This document shows positions 1-12,024 of a DNA stretch of 64,000 nucleotides, piece after piece. Origin of the DNA: Enoplolaimus lenunculus (Eukaryota); NCBI GenBank assembly GCA_030248215.1, contig JASANG010003582.1, forward strand, positions 1-64,000. Reading direction: 5' to 3'. The notes beneath the pieces were generated by a model. It was given only the letters and a program-made list of their open reading frames with translations. It was not told the DNA's origin and did no database searches. Made by a program: the position numbers and the translations under genes. How positions within the stretch are numbered: position 1 is the first letter of the stretch; each line of letters opens with the position of its first letter.

Positions 1-40
1 CACAATATCTCGCGAACACGCGGTGGAATTTCACATCGAG

Positions 41-389
41 CGTAGACGGTTGCCATCTACTGTTCAATAAAGGGCAGTATGTGCTACTATTTTTTAAAAT
101 ATTTTCAAAATTTTTAATTTCACGAGGCAGCTGCTAGTTTTCAAATAGTTTCTCTAGACGCTGACTCAATTTCTGAAATACAGCAAGTGTTCTCCATGCT
201 TTGAACGAAAATAGAGCAGTTGCCGTGGATGTATTTTTGAATTCATAGCAACCGTCTACGGACTTTCAAACAAATTTGGTGCAGTTGCCGGTGATAATTT
301 TTATACGGACGAGCATAGACGGTTGCCATCAGGAAATGTTACAGAGCAGTTGTCGATGCGAAATAGTATTTTATGGCAACCGTCTACGC
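41..389. repeat. Alternating direct/inverted copies of TAGACGGTTGCCAT, probable subterminal array of a DNA transposon end
   Basis: cgtagacggttgccatc at 41, gcaaccgtctacg ~248, tagacggttgccatc ~316, atggcaaccgtctacg ~373; second motif gcagttgccg at ~215, ~281, ~346; followed by (TA)n at 421. Confidence 0.55.
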
Positions 390-918
390 CTATAGCGCAT
401 GATGGTTCTCCAGAGTTTCATATATATATATAATAAAAATATACCTAGTAGCAAAAAAGTTTTTTGTATTTTTTTAACGTTGGTTTTTTTGTATATATTT
501 CGAGCTAGATGCTAGGCATTTTTGAGAGGGAGGGGGGGTTGAGGTTTCCTAGAAAAGCTTTTCAAGTCGGGCTAAAATTTTTAAATTGCAAAAAAACTAT
601 TTTCTAGAAAAATTTCTTGGAACCCATCTTGAAGATTTTTGTGATTTTCGTTGTATAGAAGATCAAAAGCTGCGCGTCCGCCATATTTTTCTGTGTGCTT
701 CGACTGCGAAAAATGCAAACCGAGGTATTTCCGTCGAAGTTCGGTGTGATTTATAAAAGTTGTACCAATTTGGATCCAGTGACTCTGGAGGGCATCAGAC
801 CGTATTCTCAATCTACTGTGACGCCCCTATGGGACGCCCATGTATAGAATAGAACGGAACGGGGAAGAGTCTATAAAAGCTTTAAAGCCTAAGCCTAAAA
901 AGCAAAGAAGTTTTAGAC

Positions 919-1202
919 TCGGTTTTTTAGGCCGGGCCCATGTAGAGGGGCGGTGTGTATGGGACTTTGTAGGCGTTTTAGACTATTTTTATGCTTGGCT
1001 TAGGCTTAGGACTATGCCCGTTCTTTTACGCTTTATGGCTTAGGCTTAGGCTTAGGAATAAGCTTTATTCCTACTGTTCAGCCCCTGTTCTGTGGGCTTA
1101 GGCTGTAAAAAAGTTACATTTTAACGCCTACGGTTCTATAGTATTCGTCCCCCTGAAATACACACCGCTCCTGATCTACATGGGCCCTGCCTAAAAAACC
1201 GA
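919..1202. mobile_element. MITE-like fold-back element with ~43-bp inverted arms and internal TTAGGC runs
   Basis: tcggttttttaggccgggcccatgtagaggggcggtgtgtat (919-960) is the near reverse complement of atacacaccgctcctgatctacatgggccctgcctaaaaaaccga (1158-1202). Confidence 0.6.
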
Positions 1203-3452
1203 AAGGGCAGGTTTCATTTTTGCTTCTGACTCTGCGATTAATTTCAATACGGAAAGGATGAACCTTGTTTCCTTCCACAAACACTAGCCCTCACAGGGTT
1301 GGATTTGGGGACTTGCAACTCGAAAAACGCAAATACCTACACTTGACTCAAAAAAGCTTTTAAAATACTTGAAACCTTTCAGAAGAGTGCAATAGAAAGT
1401 GTATATATCGAGCGGCTAATGTACAAAAAATCAGAAACGGATCGTTGTCCCAAGGGCATGTAAGAAGTATACGAATTTTTTTGCTTTTTTACAGGCTTAG
1501 GCTTTGTATAGGCATATATATTTACGTTTTCTCGGCGACAAACACGAATTCAAAAGCTTTGCGCATTCAATGCCATTGGGCAACCGGCCTAGGTGTGTTT
1601 CCAGGGCCGTCCAGTGTTGTGGTGGTACTGCAAAAGAGTAGGCTTAGAGTTTTAGACATTTTTGCTTAGGCATAAGTTTAGGCTTATATTTTTTCAACGC
1701 TTAAAAGCATAAGCTTAGGCTTAGGAGCATGCTACGGCCCTTGACCGGACAATAAAGAAAAATTCACTAAACGCGCATAAAAACTGTAGTTTTCTGATCA
1801 ACCATCAGGAGATACGGATCTGCCACGAAAATCACTCTAAAAATCAACATACTATTTTGTTTATTGCTTTGATATGACCCAATATAAATTCCATAAGAGT
1901 CAATCATTGCATTTTCCATTTTATGCGTATATGTGCAAGTACAAACACATACAAATTCATGATCTTGTATATACGCAAAACATATTTAAACGAAGAAAAA
2001 ACCAACATATATTGCTTTTTGCATATTTATAAAGGGCACAAGACAAAGGCCAAATGCACACATCAAAATTGTACCAAGTGTAAGGTATATCGGCGCGTTA
2101 TAAATAAAAAGGGAATCTGCATGACAGGCAAGCTGATTGACAGTTTTTTAATGTAATGCCTAAAAAGTTTTAAAACAAAGTTCTGGCAAGGTCATGCCTA
2201 AACATTAATCCTAATGTTAATTCTACACCTAGGTACAACTAAAACCAAAGCAAGCTGAACTCTTCTTGTTTTCTCCAGCTCCCATGCACAATGTCTTTCA
2301 GCAGGTACGCATTTTTGGGTAAAACGTAAAAGATCTGACAATTCATTTCAAAGCTACAACTACTGATCTTTGCATGATATTTAAACGATTTAACCAGAAG
2401 ATAAACAGTCATGAACATAAAATACAGTCACATGCAAATCAATTGCATCACAAAATGATAGTTTTAGAGCACCAATATGCATGTTTATGGTTATCAAACA
2501 CCAAGTGACAAAGTCTACAAGTGTTGGTATGTACGTTACGTGAATGCATCAAAAACGATATATGTAAAAAATACCTACGTTTCAAATATTTTCGAATTTA
2601 AATCCAAATATGCCTATACCGTTCGCATATTAATAGAACATAAACAAAACAAACACCTGCATACGTACAGTTCAATACAGTAGAAATTAAAAAGTGATAT
2701 CAAAACAATGTGAAATTTATGAAACACGGCCAAAATCAGTTTTTTAAAGCATATACCTGTGTAGGTATACGTACGTGTATATATACCTCTTTAATTGGTT
2801 ATCAAAAGTATTTAAAATAGAGTTCGACACTGTATATATACACCTAATAAAGTGTGGTACTACACAACGTTAGCTGTCAGGGGGGCTATGGCGAGCTTTG
2901 CTACTAAATCTGCATTGGAATACCTGTGATATATATACAGCTGCTTATACGGTGCTCGTTCCCTACTTTTTGACGCTAAAATTTAGACTTCGATTTCGCA
3001 TTCTCAATTGGAGGAACAATGACAGAAAAACACCCACTTTACTGCTACACTGATCAACCGCTGACCCTAGCAAATATACGTGGTATCAGAATAACTCTTG
3101 GTTTAATGAATGATTTTTTACAAAAGTATGAAACTGTTCATTCTGTGAAAACGAATGCATCCAGCGCGCGTTGCGCTTTTGATCGTAAAAAGCTAAATTT
3201 CAACAATAAAAATGCTCTGCACTAATTTTTAAAGTTTGGGAATGTGGTAAAATGCGAAATTCACCCCAAAATGGAAGGGGTGTGCGGCGATATTACAACG
3301 CGTGCTGGTACGCCCAATACACAATTTGTATCATGTCTACCCAACCATGTTGCGCAGTCTGGCCTACAAAAGTGATCACCCACTCTTGGTTTATATGTCG
3401 CATTCGAATCTGCTTTAGGACTCAGCAGGTTGGTCTACTACAGCATTCAAAC

Positions 3453-4640
3453 TTATATTGAAGCAACATTGGTGACATGACCCATGCGATCCTTTTTTAT
3501 GCATTTTCGTGTATTTGACATTGCGTATCTGACACGAGATATATCTGGGAATATTTTTGCCCATTCTTGCCATAAGAGTCTAAACCCTTTATGATTCAAG
3601 TGAAATTTATCCCTGTTAAATAGCCGTGTGTTTAACTCCCCTGATAAAACGAACGGAGTGATAGGGCGAGAACACCAGTTTAAGTAAACTATATCACTAC
3701 CAATTAATTGACTTTCAATCCAGTGCGAATGTGGCACAATTTGTGGAACACTTGGGTTGGGTACAGGGCCACTAATCAATATTTTTGGGCCTTTATTTTG
3801 CTTTTTTAAAAAATTTTCGAAAACTTCCCACGACCATTTTTGAAAAGTAATGCAGCGTTGGGCATCATTAACGCCACACTGTATGATAATAAACTTAAAG
3901 TCCAACCACTCTAAGTTCGCGGCTTGTACAACTTCAGCCATATTAAAAAACCTTCCCCCTGAAACAGAATAATGGCGTCCCGCTTGTATGTACGCAATTT
4001 CTGCGCACTGACTATCGGAGATAATCAAGATAGTTTTATTATAAGTCCAGCTAATCGTAGTTGTAATTGGGAACAGAGAAAAAGACCCTTGTATAAGAGG
4101 TTGAAAAATTCCGTCACACCATGCATTCCGAATATAGTTCAAACATGTGCCGTATAAGTTATAACCAATGAACTCATTGGTGCGTCCAAAAAAAACATCA
4201 GCTTCCTGCAATCCTGAACCATATACAAGGTCAGTACAACAAAAAACAAAGTTTACCTCTTTAGGTTTACGTAAATATTTCAGAATCGCGTCAACCGAGC
4301 GTCTGAAGGGACTAGTTAATTTGTTCATTTGGTCAATCATAATTTCAAGCAACAATGTATCAAAATAAAATATACAGTCTGGATTAATCCTTCCGTTTTG
4401 ATTACGAATCCAGAGAGCGATTTCACTAGGCGAATTGATAAGACGTCGGGATTGTAGCATCTGTGCTGCTACAACTCGTTCCCCGGAGAGCAGGAGCAAA
4501 ACGTACCAAAGAATCATCTCCATACTAAAAAATTCGACACCACTAAAATATAACGGTTCGTTATAGACGAACATTGGCGACAGCGGGTGGTCCATTAAGA
4601 CGAAATACTGGTGCATCGCGATATCTAAAAAATACACCAA
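3453..4640 (-). CDS. NADAR(YbiA)-like domain fused to SGNH/GDSL hydrolase, 395 aa, intronless
   Basis: C-half has SGNH blocks: ILIISDSQ (block I Ser), SGG (II), QCGVND (III), RDKFHLNHKG (V, DxxH). N-half follows the NADAR layout: HPLSPMF...GVEFFSME...TDLVYGSGL...FIGYNLYGTCLNYIR. Confidence 0.75.
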   Translation of the reverse strand: MVYFLDIAMHQYFVLMDHPLSPMFVYNEPLYFSGVEFFSMEMILWYVLLLLSGERVVAAQMLQSRRLINSPSEIALWIRNQNGRINPDCIFYFDTLLLEIMIDQMNKLTSPFRRSVDAILKYLRKPKEVNFVFCCTDLVYGSGLQEADVFFGRTNEFIGYNLYGTCLNYIRNAWCDGIFQPLIQGSFSLFPITTTISWTYNKTILIISDSQCAEIAYIQAGRHYSVSGGRFFNMAEVVQAANLEWLDFKFIIIQCGVNDAQRCITFQKWSWEVFENFLKKQNKGPKILISGPVPNPSVPQIVPHSHWIESQLIGSDIVYLNWCSRPITPFVLSGELNTRLFNRDKFHLNHKGFRLLWQEWAKIFPDISRVRYAMSNTRKCIKKDRMGHVTNVASI

Positions 4641-4949
4641 CGTATACTACAAAATGTGCTATAAATGCTGAAGTATTAAAATAGAAAAACGGTGATTGAA
4701 ATTTCTGCACGTATATATTGTACATCATTTGCATTCGAATAGCGAAAGAATTGCACAAACAAAGTACAGACAAAAAATTCTTTCAACATACAGCGGGAGC
4801 AGAAAATTCAATTTGAGCAAAACACGGTGACCAGATCGGTACAAAATTTTAGATACACAAACGGACCCAGAACCGCAAGGGTTATAAAATCACCAGATAT
4901 TTTACCGGAATTGGACACGGGTAGGTAGTGAGATGACAATGTTATAATA

Positions 4950-5634
4950 CACTGGCTTCTCCACAGCTTGAAAATTTCCGCCAGGGTCGTTTCCTGGGGG
5001 GCCACATGAGTTTCCTGGGGGGCAGCTGATTTTGCTGGGGGCAGGCTTAAAATTTTGCAGACCCACTTTGGGACCATTTTTTATTCCAGACCGTGTTTCC
5101 AACTCAACTGAACATTACCCATCGCTCAACAAGACAAAAATTCCCCGCAACTGCCAATAAACAATAATTTTAACTAATAAGAAATTGAAAGGAGCACAAT
5201 TTATAAAATATAATCTAATTGAAACTGTGATTTATATTTTTTATATATTAGACACAGCACAGCTTCTGTTTTATCATAAGGCTCAGGCGGGTTGAACTTG
5301 TTGCAGCAAGGCACTTTCGAATGCTGTATGTCCTGAAATGGTCTTTTTGTGCTTTTTTCAATTCATTATTGGATTGTATTAGTTTACTACGGGAATTTGT
5401 AACTATTAAAAAATTATGAGTACTCAACGTAATATAAAATCATATTTTGCTTTTAATGTCCGTCTCAAAAGAAGTCCAGGTCTTCATCACTTAGCAAAGT
5501 AATGGGGGGTTCCAGCAAAAAATTGCTGGGGCGGCTAAACATTCGCCGGGGTGCCTTTCCGGGGGAACAAAATTTTTGCCGGAGGAAAAAGGAAAATTTT
5601 GAAAAGTGCTCCCTCCGCTGTTGAGAAGCCAGTT
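4950..5634. mobile_element. Non-autonomous DNA transposon (hAT-like MITE)
   Basis: Terminal inverted repeats actggcttctccacagc (4951) / gctgttgagaagccagt (to 5633) with GC-rich subterminal blocks; no coding capacity. Confidence 0.65.
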
Positions 5635-5889
5635 ACATAGGTATATATGTAATGTTTATGTATGTCTGTTTACCTAATGACGGAAAATAGTTTTGTAGTC
5701 ACTGTTGAGATATTTCCGTACTCCAACATGAACCCGAAAGAGCACACGTACGTTCAAATAGTGCAAGTTTAAAGTTAAGTTTATAGGCATCAATAGGAAT
5801 AGTATTTATACGTTATTGTGACTTCCTAAAAATATGAATGTGGAATTGAAGCTTGCTTTGGACTAACGATACAGAGTATAAGCACTTAT

Positions 5890-6027
5890 AGGTTTAGGTA
5901 CGGGATATGGACACCTCTAGAAACTTAAATAAAAACAGTTTATTTTATAGATTTCGACGCGCTGAGTTCAGCGGTACCATTTTTAAGGCTGTAGGGCCCT
6001 TGTTCAAAAGTTATGATGACCCTTTAA
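5890..6027. mobile_element. Probable DNA-transposon end remnant (TTAA-AGG terminus, Kolobok-like)
   Basis: Ends in gatgaccctttaa, preceded by atttcgacgcgctgagttcagcggtaccatttt; the other end was not identified. Confidence 0.3.
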
Positions 6028-6295
6028 CATGTATCATCGAACGACAGACAAATTTGTATAACGATTAAACCTGATTATAGGAACAAACGCATGATAGATA
6101 CTTCCTCTTCCAATCTGTGCGTTTTTTAACTAAAATTTCGAGCACCATAACGTTTGAACCATTGGTCATGCATTCACAAAAGTGGTGCCGATGGACTCAT
6201 ATAGTCGAGATCTATGGGAAAGACCAGTTTTTGTTACATTTCTAAGGGATTCCACATTCCGTACTACTTCCGACCACTTATATACGTACTTAGAC

Positions 6296-6924
6296 CAAGA
6301 GTGCATGACAAGAAAAAATAAGTTTTGGAATGGGTTTCCCCATGATACAAAATGTACCAATGGGCGTTGCGTTTTTGTTTTACCTCTTTTGAGGGAATGG
6401 GATTTACGTCGCATGTATATACAACTGGAATATACGAAGACATGAGTATAACCTGAACACATTTTACCTTAAGTATTTCATTCGTTTACGCGAATTTACA
6501 CGCCTAAATAAGGGGGTTGTCCAAAAACACAACGAGCGCTGGGTAGTGGGTATATATACATTCTTTTGCATACAGAATGTACCCAGTCGCACACTCCTGT
6601 ATTTTGCATTCTTTGTAGAACAAAGAGTCGATAATAATTTTTTTGATAGTTGCGCAACTCGGAACACTATGTGTTGAAAAGAATGTAAACCCGGCACGCG
6701 TTGCGTTTTTATCCCACCCCTTTATGTAGCGGGGGTAAAACCGGTGCGAACCATTCTCGTTTTATGTATATATGTGGCAAACATGCTCTGCCTATAGTTT
6801 AATTTAAGGTTATTGATTGCATATGACAACGACCCTCCTCGAAACAAGGGGAAGTCGGCCTAAAACGCAACGCCCGGTGGTACATTTTGTACCATGTGGA
6901 ACATCAAGAGTTGCACACTCTTGT
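6296..6924. mobile_element. Dispersed non-coding element with inverted arms (CAAGAGTG... / ...CACTCTTG)
   Basis: acaaaatgtaccaatgggcgttgcgtttt (~6347) inverted at aaaacgcaacgcccggtggtacattttgt (~6862); the right end (...caagagttgcacactcttgt) recurs at ~52540-52602 and an internal part at ~29425-29530. Confidence 0.55.
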
Positions 6925-8834
6925 ATATAATCCACACTACTATATTTTCAGCAACAGGAAAACTAAAACAAACAGGGAATCAGTTAGCGTTAGAACCTAG
7001 CAGGCTAGTTTTTGTATGTCATAATTTTGCAGTTTGAATGGCGAATTTCATAAGTATATTTTTATGCAATGCGCTGTCACTTTTTATATTTTCGAAAACG
7101 TTTCAAAAAATGCTGCAAACTTGCAACCAAACTCACCAAATTGCATATAAAAATGCAATGAAACAAGTTTCACACTACAAAAATAGCCGCGGCAAACGTT
7201 GTACCGGAGCAGGAGTAACATGTTCTACCTGTGCCGTAGCCAATAAATGCAACATGGCTGGCTTGAAATAAAAGGAAGAAAACCTGGCTTACATTTAACG
7301 CTTAATTGTCAAACCCAGAATACCTGCGCTATTGCCCAGTATACACTAAAATTTTCAAAATATCAAATTCTACAAAGCATTTCAACTACAACAATTGAAA
7401 CCAATCTCAATATTTAATAGTTGAACCTACAAGATTATAGTGCTTCAAAACCAAAATTTTCAATGATGTGGGGAAGAAGTTTTGAATTCTAAAACACTAT
7501 AGCATGACACGGGGGAAGTAACCTACCAGAAAAAAACTAAAAAATGTTACCAGTGTCAATTTACCCACGCAACCGCCATTTGAAGACCTACAGAATACAA
7601 CAGGTCAATCAACCAAATGAAATGTAGCCTTACCAATCAACTTTAAAATGACGTGTATACAACTCCAAACACTGAACAGCTGACTCTGGATACGACTGAT
7701 ACAAGTGAAAACTGAAAAGCATAAATTTTAAAAGCACGTTGAGCATATATATTGGCCTGAATTCGACTGACCGGGTTCGAAAGTGAAGCACTGACAAATT
7801 TTATATATGCTAATAAAGCGACTATAAAACATCTGTTCGCATATTTCAAAACTTTTTATACTACACACGTAGGTATACGTATGTGGATTCTTGTCGCTCT
7901 ACTGTCGAAGTTAAAAATTAAAATCGATGGAAAAGGACACAGAAGAAAGCAGAGGGCAAAGCTTAAGTATATTGGAAACCGTACGTACATAGCCTTGGAT
8001 GTATTCGCAGATACTAGGACATAAATTCTGTGCGCTGTTATAGTACGAATACAGACACAATAGAAAAAATAAACGATAAATTGTATTCAATCCAATATTT
8101 TTTTGGCTTTTCTCTTTAAACTTCGATCCCATACAAATACAGTCTAAAACTTAAAAACATGCCATGAAAACAAAAGACGCCACAGTCCAGTGTATATAAA
8201 CACATCAATTTTTCATTTGCGCTTTAGCTTCTCATGTTGTCCACATGGTTTTTCGATTCGCATTTTGAAGCAAACATTAATGCCTAGTGATTAGAAGTTA
8301 TTTTTGAAAGTCTTTAGAAAAGATCATACACAGCTAACAAAACTGGGCTTTTTAGACAAGATTTAAAAATTACTATACGTATTATGCATGCGGAAATCAC
8401 CTTAATAATGTGCAAATTAGAAGTCGATTCTTAATTATCTAAGTATAGATGACAAAAATGTTGCTGTAAGGACTATCACGTATATATTACGTATATATGT
8501 AAATGACAAACTTTATCTATACGTATCATATTAAATAATGAACAATGCAAACATGAAAATGCAAAATCGTACAATGTATATCCATCCACAGCACCACAGT
8601 TCCCTGTAGACAAACGTTTTATTGGTTTGCTACTACCTAGGTTAGTTGCTGATGTCCTTTTTTGAATACGTTGCTGAATCACGCACGAGATGAAGTGCAA
8701 AAACGGAATTTTTTAAAAAAAATCGTTCTACATAGTATAGTTATTATGTCCTTTGAAATTTGAACATGGGTTCATCAAAACTATATATAACCTTAACCAG
8801 ATTGATTTGTTCTATAGGATAGGTACAGGTACAA

Positions 8835-9792
8835 TCATAACTCTATTTCATCGTCATCACTCGTAGAATTACACCTAATTGGCAAATTTTGTGTTTTTCG
8901 TTCTTGCAGTTCCAGTTCAGTGATCGGATAAAATTCCACTTCACTTTCAGTGTCGACTTCCTGAATTTCAGTTAGTTTTCGTTGTTGTAACTCTGCTTCT
9001 GTGATCGGATAAAATTCCACTTCACTTTCAGTGTCGACTTCCTGAATTTCAGTTAGTTTTCGTTGTTGTAACTCTGCTTCTGTGATCGGATAAAATTCCA
9101 CTTCACTTTCAGTGTCGTCGTTCTCATTAGATCTATTTGTCAACTTTTTCGCTAGTTTTTGTTGTAACTCGGTTTTAGTGATCGGATAAAATTCAACTTC
9201 ACTGTCGACTGCAGTATTCGAACACGAACGGTAATTGGCAGAATCTTGAAGAATGTCAGTAATGGCTTTTAAAACAGTCGATTGAGATGTATTTGCTTGC
9301 AATCCAATTTCATTATCTGCAGTTGAGTCCATTGGCCGATGAAAACTATTTGAGCAATCGTTGTCGTTGACACATCGAATCTTGTTACAGTGAATAGAAT
9401 TACTGCGCACGCTGGGTTCTGTATTGGTGAATGGCTGATGTACATCCTTGTATGATTGTTTGTTATACGTTTGTGGCGCACAATCAGCAAAATGGCTGTC
9501 GTAGTTTTCAGCAACGTCATTTCGATTTTGTTTCTTGTTCAACTTCGCAAACGATTTGCCTTTTTGCGAAATGCGGTGTTTTGTCCGTTCCACAGCTTCG
9601 CATTCTTCCTCTGTACTAGAGTCGTTTTGTTCAGAGCCAGTATTGTAGGTGTTGTCAGAATCTTCATCAGGCGGGCATATTCCATCTGTATAACCTTTGT
9701 ATTTGCGATGTTTTGTACGAAATCTATTGCGTCGCCCGCGTTGCGAATTTCGTAGTTTTTGTCTATGTTCGCCTACAATTTTCATTTGAATA
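8835..9792 (-). CDS. 316-aa basic-then-acidic low-complexity ORF with 27-aa repeats; likely terminal exon of the transposase-like gene
   Basis: Open frame 8835-9785, AG acceptor at 9794/9793; basic N-part (HRQKLRNSQRGRRNR), repeats DTESEVEFYPITEAELQQRKLTEIQEV. Link to the upstream exon is inferred; the phase is not resolved. Confidence 0.55.
8905..9210. repeat. Coding minisatellite, 81-bp period, ~4 copies
   Basis: tgatcggataaaattc at 8921, 9002, 9083 (81-bp spacing) and a diverged copy at 9179. Confidence 0.9.
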
Positions 9793-10064
9793 CTGGTACA
9801 ATTTAAATATTTATATATACATTGCGTTAATTTCTTTTACACTGAAAATTCCCGCTGTCTGTACGTGTTCCACCGAAATTTCTACAAAAAATCGATCCTC
9901 TTCCGGCAAAGTTTCCGTTATATATGTATATATAGGTATGTATCTTTGATAAATAACGCATTAATGTTAAAACACGCATAAAAATCCAGTATGGCTCCTT
10001 CAAAACTAAATCTATTCTACAATCGAATTTTATACGATAGAACAAAAACTAGTACAAAACTTAC

Positions 10065-10271
10065 AATTGACTTTCTGTGCAATAAGCCGGTCAATTTCAC
10101 GTGTTGTTTCCTCTTGCGTAAGCATACATGAACGCGCCAGCTTTGCAGCTTCCGAATAAGGATCACGGCGATCGCTGGTAAATCGTTTTATGTATCTAGC
10201 TATTTTACTCGACGGGTATTCCATAATCATTTGCGATGGATCATTTATAGCAGCTTTGATTGCTTCGTTTT
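10065..10271 (-). CDS. Internal exon of transposase-like gene (helical C-terminal region)
   Basis: tttacag acceptor, gtaagt donor, 207 nt phase 1-1; reads ENEAIK...MEYPSSKIARY...AAKLARSCMLTQEETTREIDRL; in phase with exon 10852-10982. Confidence 0.6.
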
Positions 10272-10851
10272 CTGTAAATTTTAACACCAACGTGCATTAT
10301 ATGTAGATGTACGTACGTATATACTTGTATAAAAATTTAACTCATATCACCTACACTCCAGGTTTAGTCAAGTGAACACGTAAAAATTCATAAAACTGTT
10401 CTGCTGTTGTTTTCAAGTGTTTTCATCACTAAGCCGTCGCTCGGTAACTCGTTGGCCAGCGACATCTTGTCTAAAATCTTGTCGATTCAACAATTGTCAC
10501 TATCATAAAAGAATGCTTGAAATGCTTGAGGCTTGTTTTTATAATACAAAATATGGGATGCTGTTCGCGACAAACAAGTTGTCCAGGCCACGATTTTGCC
10601 GTGGATCGCTTTGAAACTATAATCTAGATATACCCAGGAGAGATAAAGGATAAAGAATTAGATCAGAAATCGAATTACCTCAGGCCTTGTGAAATCAAAA
10701 TCTACGTATAAAATACACGTACGGATTGAAAACGCTATTTTATGCACGTTCTGTATGGAAGTATATTTAAAACAAAAGGGAAGAACGCATCGAACAAAAT
10801 ATTGAACATATGTTCTTATATAGCACATAGTGAGGTGAATAACATACGAAC

Positions 10852-10982
10852 CTGGAAGGTAATGACCGCGGCATGGTCCCTTACAATCATTGCATTCTAC
10901 ACCCCAATCGCGGTTTGGATCACGGACAGGATAAATTATTTGAAAGACGTGAGGTCCGCCTGGATACCAATGTAAATTGTCT
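10852..10982 (-). CDS. Internal exon of transposase-like gene with Cys/His cluster (not in ORF track)
   Basis: ctttttatttccag acceptor, GT donor; translates DNLHWYPGGPHVFQIIYPVRDPNRDWGVECNDCKGPCRGHYLP (CxxCxxxCxxH). Confidence 0.65.
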
Positions 10983-11916
10983 CTGGAAATAAAAAGAAGT
11001 TTTAAAATTTGCGTATATAGGAAAGCGTTATGTTGTACGTACTATGCTGCGCGTTTTAATTTTTTAGCAAGGTTAATAATAGAAAATATTACACGCAAAT
11101 TGTTTGTATTTTGGTGAAAAATGAATGTATATGAACTTCAATATTATACCTACGTACCTACCAACCTATAAAAGTACTGATCGCGTATCATAAGTACTAA
11201 TTCCATAAAAAAACCTTTGTGCGTGTAACGAAATACCTACCATGATGGTACCTATCATTGTTTTAGAGGCAGACTATATAAACCAGCAAATCGTGCAATA
11301 AGCAAAAATGTATACGTCCGTACACAGGTGCAGCCGAAACGGTAGGATTTTTTACCGAAAATTTTTGCGCACAAAACAGAAGCCGCTTCAACGATAATCA
11401 ACCCTAGAAAAAAGTCACTAGTTTTTATCCCCTGTACTGTAAGCTGTAACAGCCAGCACTACTTGTTCTATAATCAAACATACACCAGTCTACTTGATTG
11501 CAACCTTATGTATATGTCAATTAAAAATGTGCCTGGCTTCTTTCTCGCTCCGCTCCTGAGGTTGAATCCCATCGTAAAAATTCCACTTCCCTACAATCCC
11601 CCGCAAGGTTCTGCATTCCAAACTGCTACACCCTTCCGAAATTCGTAGTTGTTCCACTTCGTACGTACGAACACGTAGGCATAGTTGCATTGTTCAGTAG
11701 TGTTTGTACGTAGATCTTTTTTGCTACACAAGATACTATCAAATCAGGTTGACTACCGTCAGTCACACCAGTTCACTATACGTATACGTATACATTTTTG
11801 AACGTAAGCACACAATCTTAAGGAGGGGTAAAATTCTTCCAGAGAGATCGCCCCACAGGCCCCATATGGTGCAAACCGAATGTACATTATGTACTTACGT
11901 TTTTATATATATACGT

Positions 11917-12000
11917 CAAGGTGCAACCGGAATTCCGGTTCCGTTTCAGGCATTTTTTTACCTTCCGGTTCCGTTAAATTGCAATTCCGGTTGCACCCTG
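11917..12000. mobile_element. 84-bp hAT-type MITE (CAGGGTGCAACCGG family)
   Basis: TIR caaggtgcaaccggaatt / aattccggttgcaccctg; perfect 8-bp TSD atatacgt on both sides. Confidence 0.9.
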
Positions 12001-12024
12001 ATATACGTATAAGCAAGCATATAC

